Notes under the pieces: generated by a model
Databases searched by the model: none
Seen by the model: only the letters and a program-made list of their open reading frames with translations
What the model was told of the DNA's origin: nothing
Translations under genes and position numbers: made by a program
Shown here: piece after piece, positions 61,401 to 64,000 of the stretch
How positions within the stretch are numbered: position 1 is the stretch's first letter
How the letters are laid out: each line of letters begins with the position of its first letter
Assembly (NCBI RefSeq): GCF_000143415.4
Contig: NW_003314262.1
Span: 344,610 to 408,609, forward strand
Direction of reading: 5' to 3'
DNA length: 64,000 bases
Source: Selaginella moellendorffii
Lineage: Eukaryota > Plantae > Lycopodiophyta

Positions 61401-63532
61401 ATAACACGTTTTGACTAAAAGCTCCGACTTGAAAGGTCAAACGTGGGAGAGGAACTCCCAACAAAATGCTCAAGGAACAAGCACGAAACGAACAATAAGT
61501 GAGTCTCTAGAAAAGGGACACGAGATGGACTCCGAGATAGACCCGAGATGGACCAGAGATGGAGTCCGAGGTGGACCTGAGATGGAGTCCGAGAAGGAGT
61601 CCGAGGTGGACCAAGATGGAGTTTGAGATGGACCTGAGATGGAGTCCGAAATGGAGTCCGAGATGGACCCGAGATGGAGTCCAAGATGGAACCAAGACCG
61701 GGAACGGGACCGAGACCAAGACCGAGTCCGAGTCCGAATCCGGGAGGGGGGCTGTGGGGGGTTCCAAAAGTATAGTAGGGAGAGTGTGGGGGTTGGAGCC
61801 CAGTGGAGCCAGTTTGGCTAGGAAAGGCCAGTTTGGCCCAGGAAGGCCATACCCAATTGTTGGGTGATGGGATGACTACTGGGAAGTCCAAGACTAGAGT
61901 GAATACAAACAAACAAACGGGTAGCTTGGTGAAGTATTCAAGAGCCAGCTCTAGTTCCTCCGGGAGATCGAATGGTCGATGCTCTCAGTCCAAGTGTGGG
62001 TGGCACTATCTACTTGGATACCTAGTGTGGCTCAATGGAACCTCTCTCTAAGCACATGGCTAGAGCACCCAAAGGCGGAAGGCAGGGAGAGTACCCAGGT
62101 GGCTCGCGTAAGGCCACGGTGTTCCAAAATGTTGTCCCAAAGGCCCAAATTGTGGAAAGGAAGAAGAGCAGACCTCTAGCGTAGTGACTAAGGATACAGT
62201 CACATGGTGAGGAAGTCCCAGAGGACATTGGGACTTAGTGGTCGGGCCTGTGGGCCTTGACCCAGTAGCAGTGTCAGTGAACACGGCCATAGGTAGGATG
62301 GGACTTAGTGGGGACTGAAAGAGGGATATTGGGGAAGGATGTTCCCCTTGTCGGTGGGCATCCTAAGGATGCTAAGGAGTGGATCTGGGATGACCACTCA
62401 TAGATGCTTGGCCCAGTCTTAGAGAGATAGGACTGTGATGCAATTGGTATTGGATCACCAGTGCGGCAAAGGTGATTGGGCATGGCCTTAGTGTAATAGA
62501 CTGCTATGTCAGTGGTACTTTTGAGTGTCGGTCATGGGATCGGACACGTGGAGCACTTGGACCAAGTGCAAAGGTTGAGTGGCAGAGATGCCATTCTCGG
62601 GGCTAGCCAGCCTCCAGTCCAGAATGGGACTCATGGAGGCTGTGAGAGAGACTCCTCCAAGTGGTCGGAGGTGTGGTTAAGTGACTAAAATAGAATGGAA
62701 AATTTAGTCACTTACAGAGGGAATGATGTGAGGTTCAAGTGTATGACTATGATGCCGTATACTAATATTAGCATAGTGAGATTTTAGTAGCCGTTGGATT
62801 GGTTTTAATTCGGACCACTGGCTTTTGTATAGAAGTTAGGGTTTTTGGGTTAATTAATATTCACATTTCCTTTCCATATTTTATGCACTTAAATATATAT
62901 ATATTATGTAAAAAAAAAATTTAATTAGGAGAAATAATATAAAAGCCCCTAAAATTTACCCCTTTGGAAATATCCCTAGTTGAGCAAAAGCCTCTATGAC
63001 TTTTAAATTTTGCAGAAGAGCTCCTGTGAAGTTTAGATATTACAAAAATACCTTTTATATTATGTTTGTAGCTCAAAATTGATAAAAATTTATAAGACTT
63101 CAAGCTAGTGTAGTGCATACATCTGTTATAACCATATTTGCCATAATATCTACAACAAAAAAATTGTTTTAATTTCTTTAGATCTTTAGTATAAACTTGA
63201 ATTTTTATGGACATCCCAAAGATATATGAGCCTTTGGTGGCAATATACCATTTATTTCCAAAATGATCATTATTAATAGTATAATGCACGCCTACATCTG
63301 TTTTGCAATAATAATCAAACAAATTGTATATATTAGCATAAACTTGCATATGCTCTTTCTTATATAAGATTATTGTAGCTACGTAAGCACAAGGAAATCC
63401 AATTTTTTGTCATCTAAAGCATAAGACCATGTTACTATATTCACCACATGAGTATGCTATTGCATCCATATTTAAAACATGGAAATATAGTAGCGAGCTC
63501 ATGAAATTGCAATATGAAGAAGTTTTTCTACA

Positions 63533-64000
63533 TTAGCATAGACCATTTTGAGCTCATGAGCTAAAGAGTTGAGCTTGTGAGTTAAATTTAATTTTCAAAT
63601 GTATTTTAATACAAATATTTTAAATTTTAAATATTAAGGATTATGGATAAAACTTTTCTAGAGACTCATTTTCAAGAATTTAAATATTTAATATATGCTA
63701 TAATAGATAGATTTGTCAGAACATAAAATAAGATAAGATTTATTTATAGAAAAAGTAATCTTGTCACTTTCTTAAAATTTGTACTATGTGTTTCCTGACT
63801 TTTAAATGTTAAGGTTGTCTTTTAAAATAATTAAATTTGAAATAAGATTCTTTTAAAAGGCCATGTAACCATTTGAAAGGTAGAACAAAAAATTTCATTT
63901 TAATAGTCATTGATATAAACTTGCTTCATATAAAGGAAGAAACTTAGTTCTTCTCTGTAATACAAATCGTCAAGGGATTTGTTTATGGTTTATAGTTTCA
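63533..64000 (-). mobile_element. Diverged second copy of the outer DNA transposon's right end, running off the window
   Basis: gaccattttgagctcatgagctaaagagttgagc...ggccatgtaaccatttgaaagg is collinear with the reverse complement of ~28800-29180. Confidence 0.85.

Larger units (their letters stand above)
51733..62716 (+). mobile_element. Family B LTR retrotransposon, degenerate interior
   Basis: LTRs 51733-53286 and 61319-62716 (TGTGAGAC...CTTACA); TSD GAGGG; PBS TGGTATCGAAGC; PPT like family D. Confidence 0.9.
33500..62864 (+). mobile_element. Old Ty3/gypsy element (family C) fragmented by nested insertions
   Basis: gag remnant ~33590 (FFHGNLGDDVYHW), protease-like ~34517, connection ~34930, RNase H (inverted, 40783-41149; then 42750 DFDIVH...DALSR), integrase remnants 50307-51600, PPT split by the GAGGG duplication, 3' LTR-like 62727-62864. 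Confidence 0.65.

Overview
Repeat-rich eukaryotic DNA, most likely from a non-seed land plant (inferred from ~30-65 nt GT-AG introns, TTTAGGG repeats, a Cassandra TRIM, chromoviruses and a bulb lectin). Nearly the whole window is nested transposable elements. The main object is a pair of nested, cargo-carrying DNA transposons. The outer element (5865-29186; GGAG...CTCC ends, TTCT duplication) encodes a GCM-like/MULE/SWIM transposase, two zf-XS-like proteins, a small SPYYTPG protein and a multi-exon ParB-like + beta-class amino-methyltransferase (N4C/N6A type) gene. An 11.5 kb Sola-type element (10665-22184; perfect 24-bp TIRs, CACT duplication) splits that gene inside an exon. The Sola element carries its own ParB-like + degenerate MTase gene, a paralog of the SPYYTPG protein, and about 20 copies of a 22-bp palindrome (ATGGCATG-N-GGCC-N-CATGCCAT), several inside tiny introns. 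The right half is a stack of Ty3/gypsy elements. It includes a chromovirus whose gag-pol is interrupted by several ~50-nt GT-AG introns, a Tf1-like self-priming chromovirus, a 5S-rRNA-bearing Cassandra TRIM and a ~2 kb inversion. The one clearly host-like gene is an AT-rich secreted bulb-lectin ORF. All domain calls are by-eye motif recognition and need HMM or structure confirmation.
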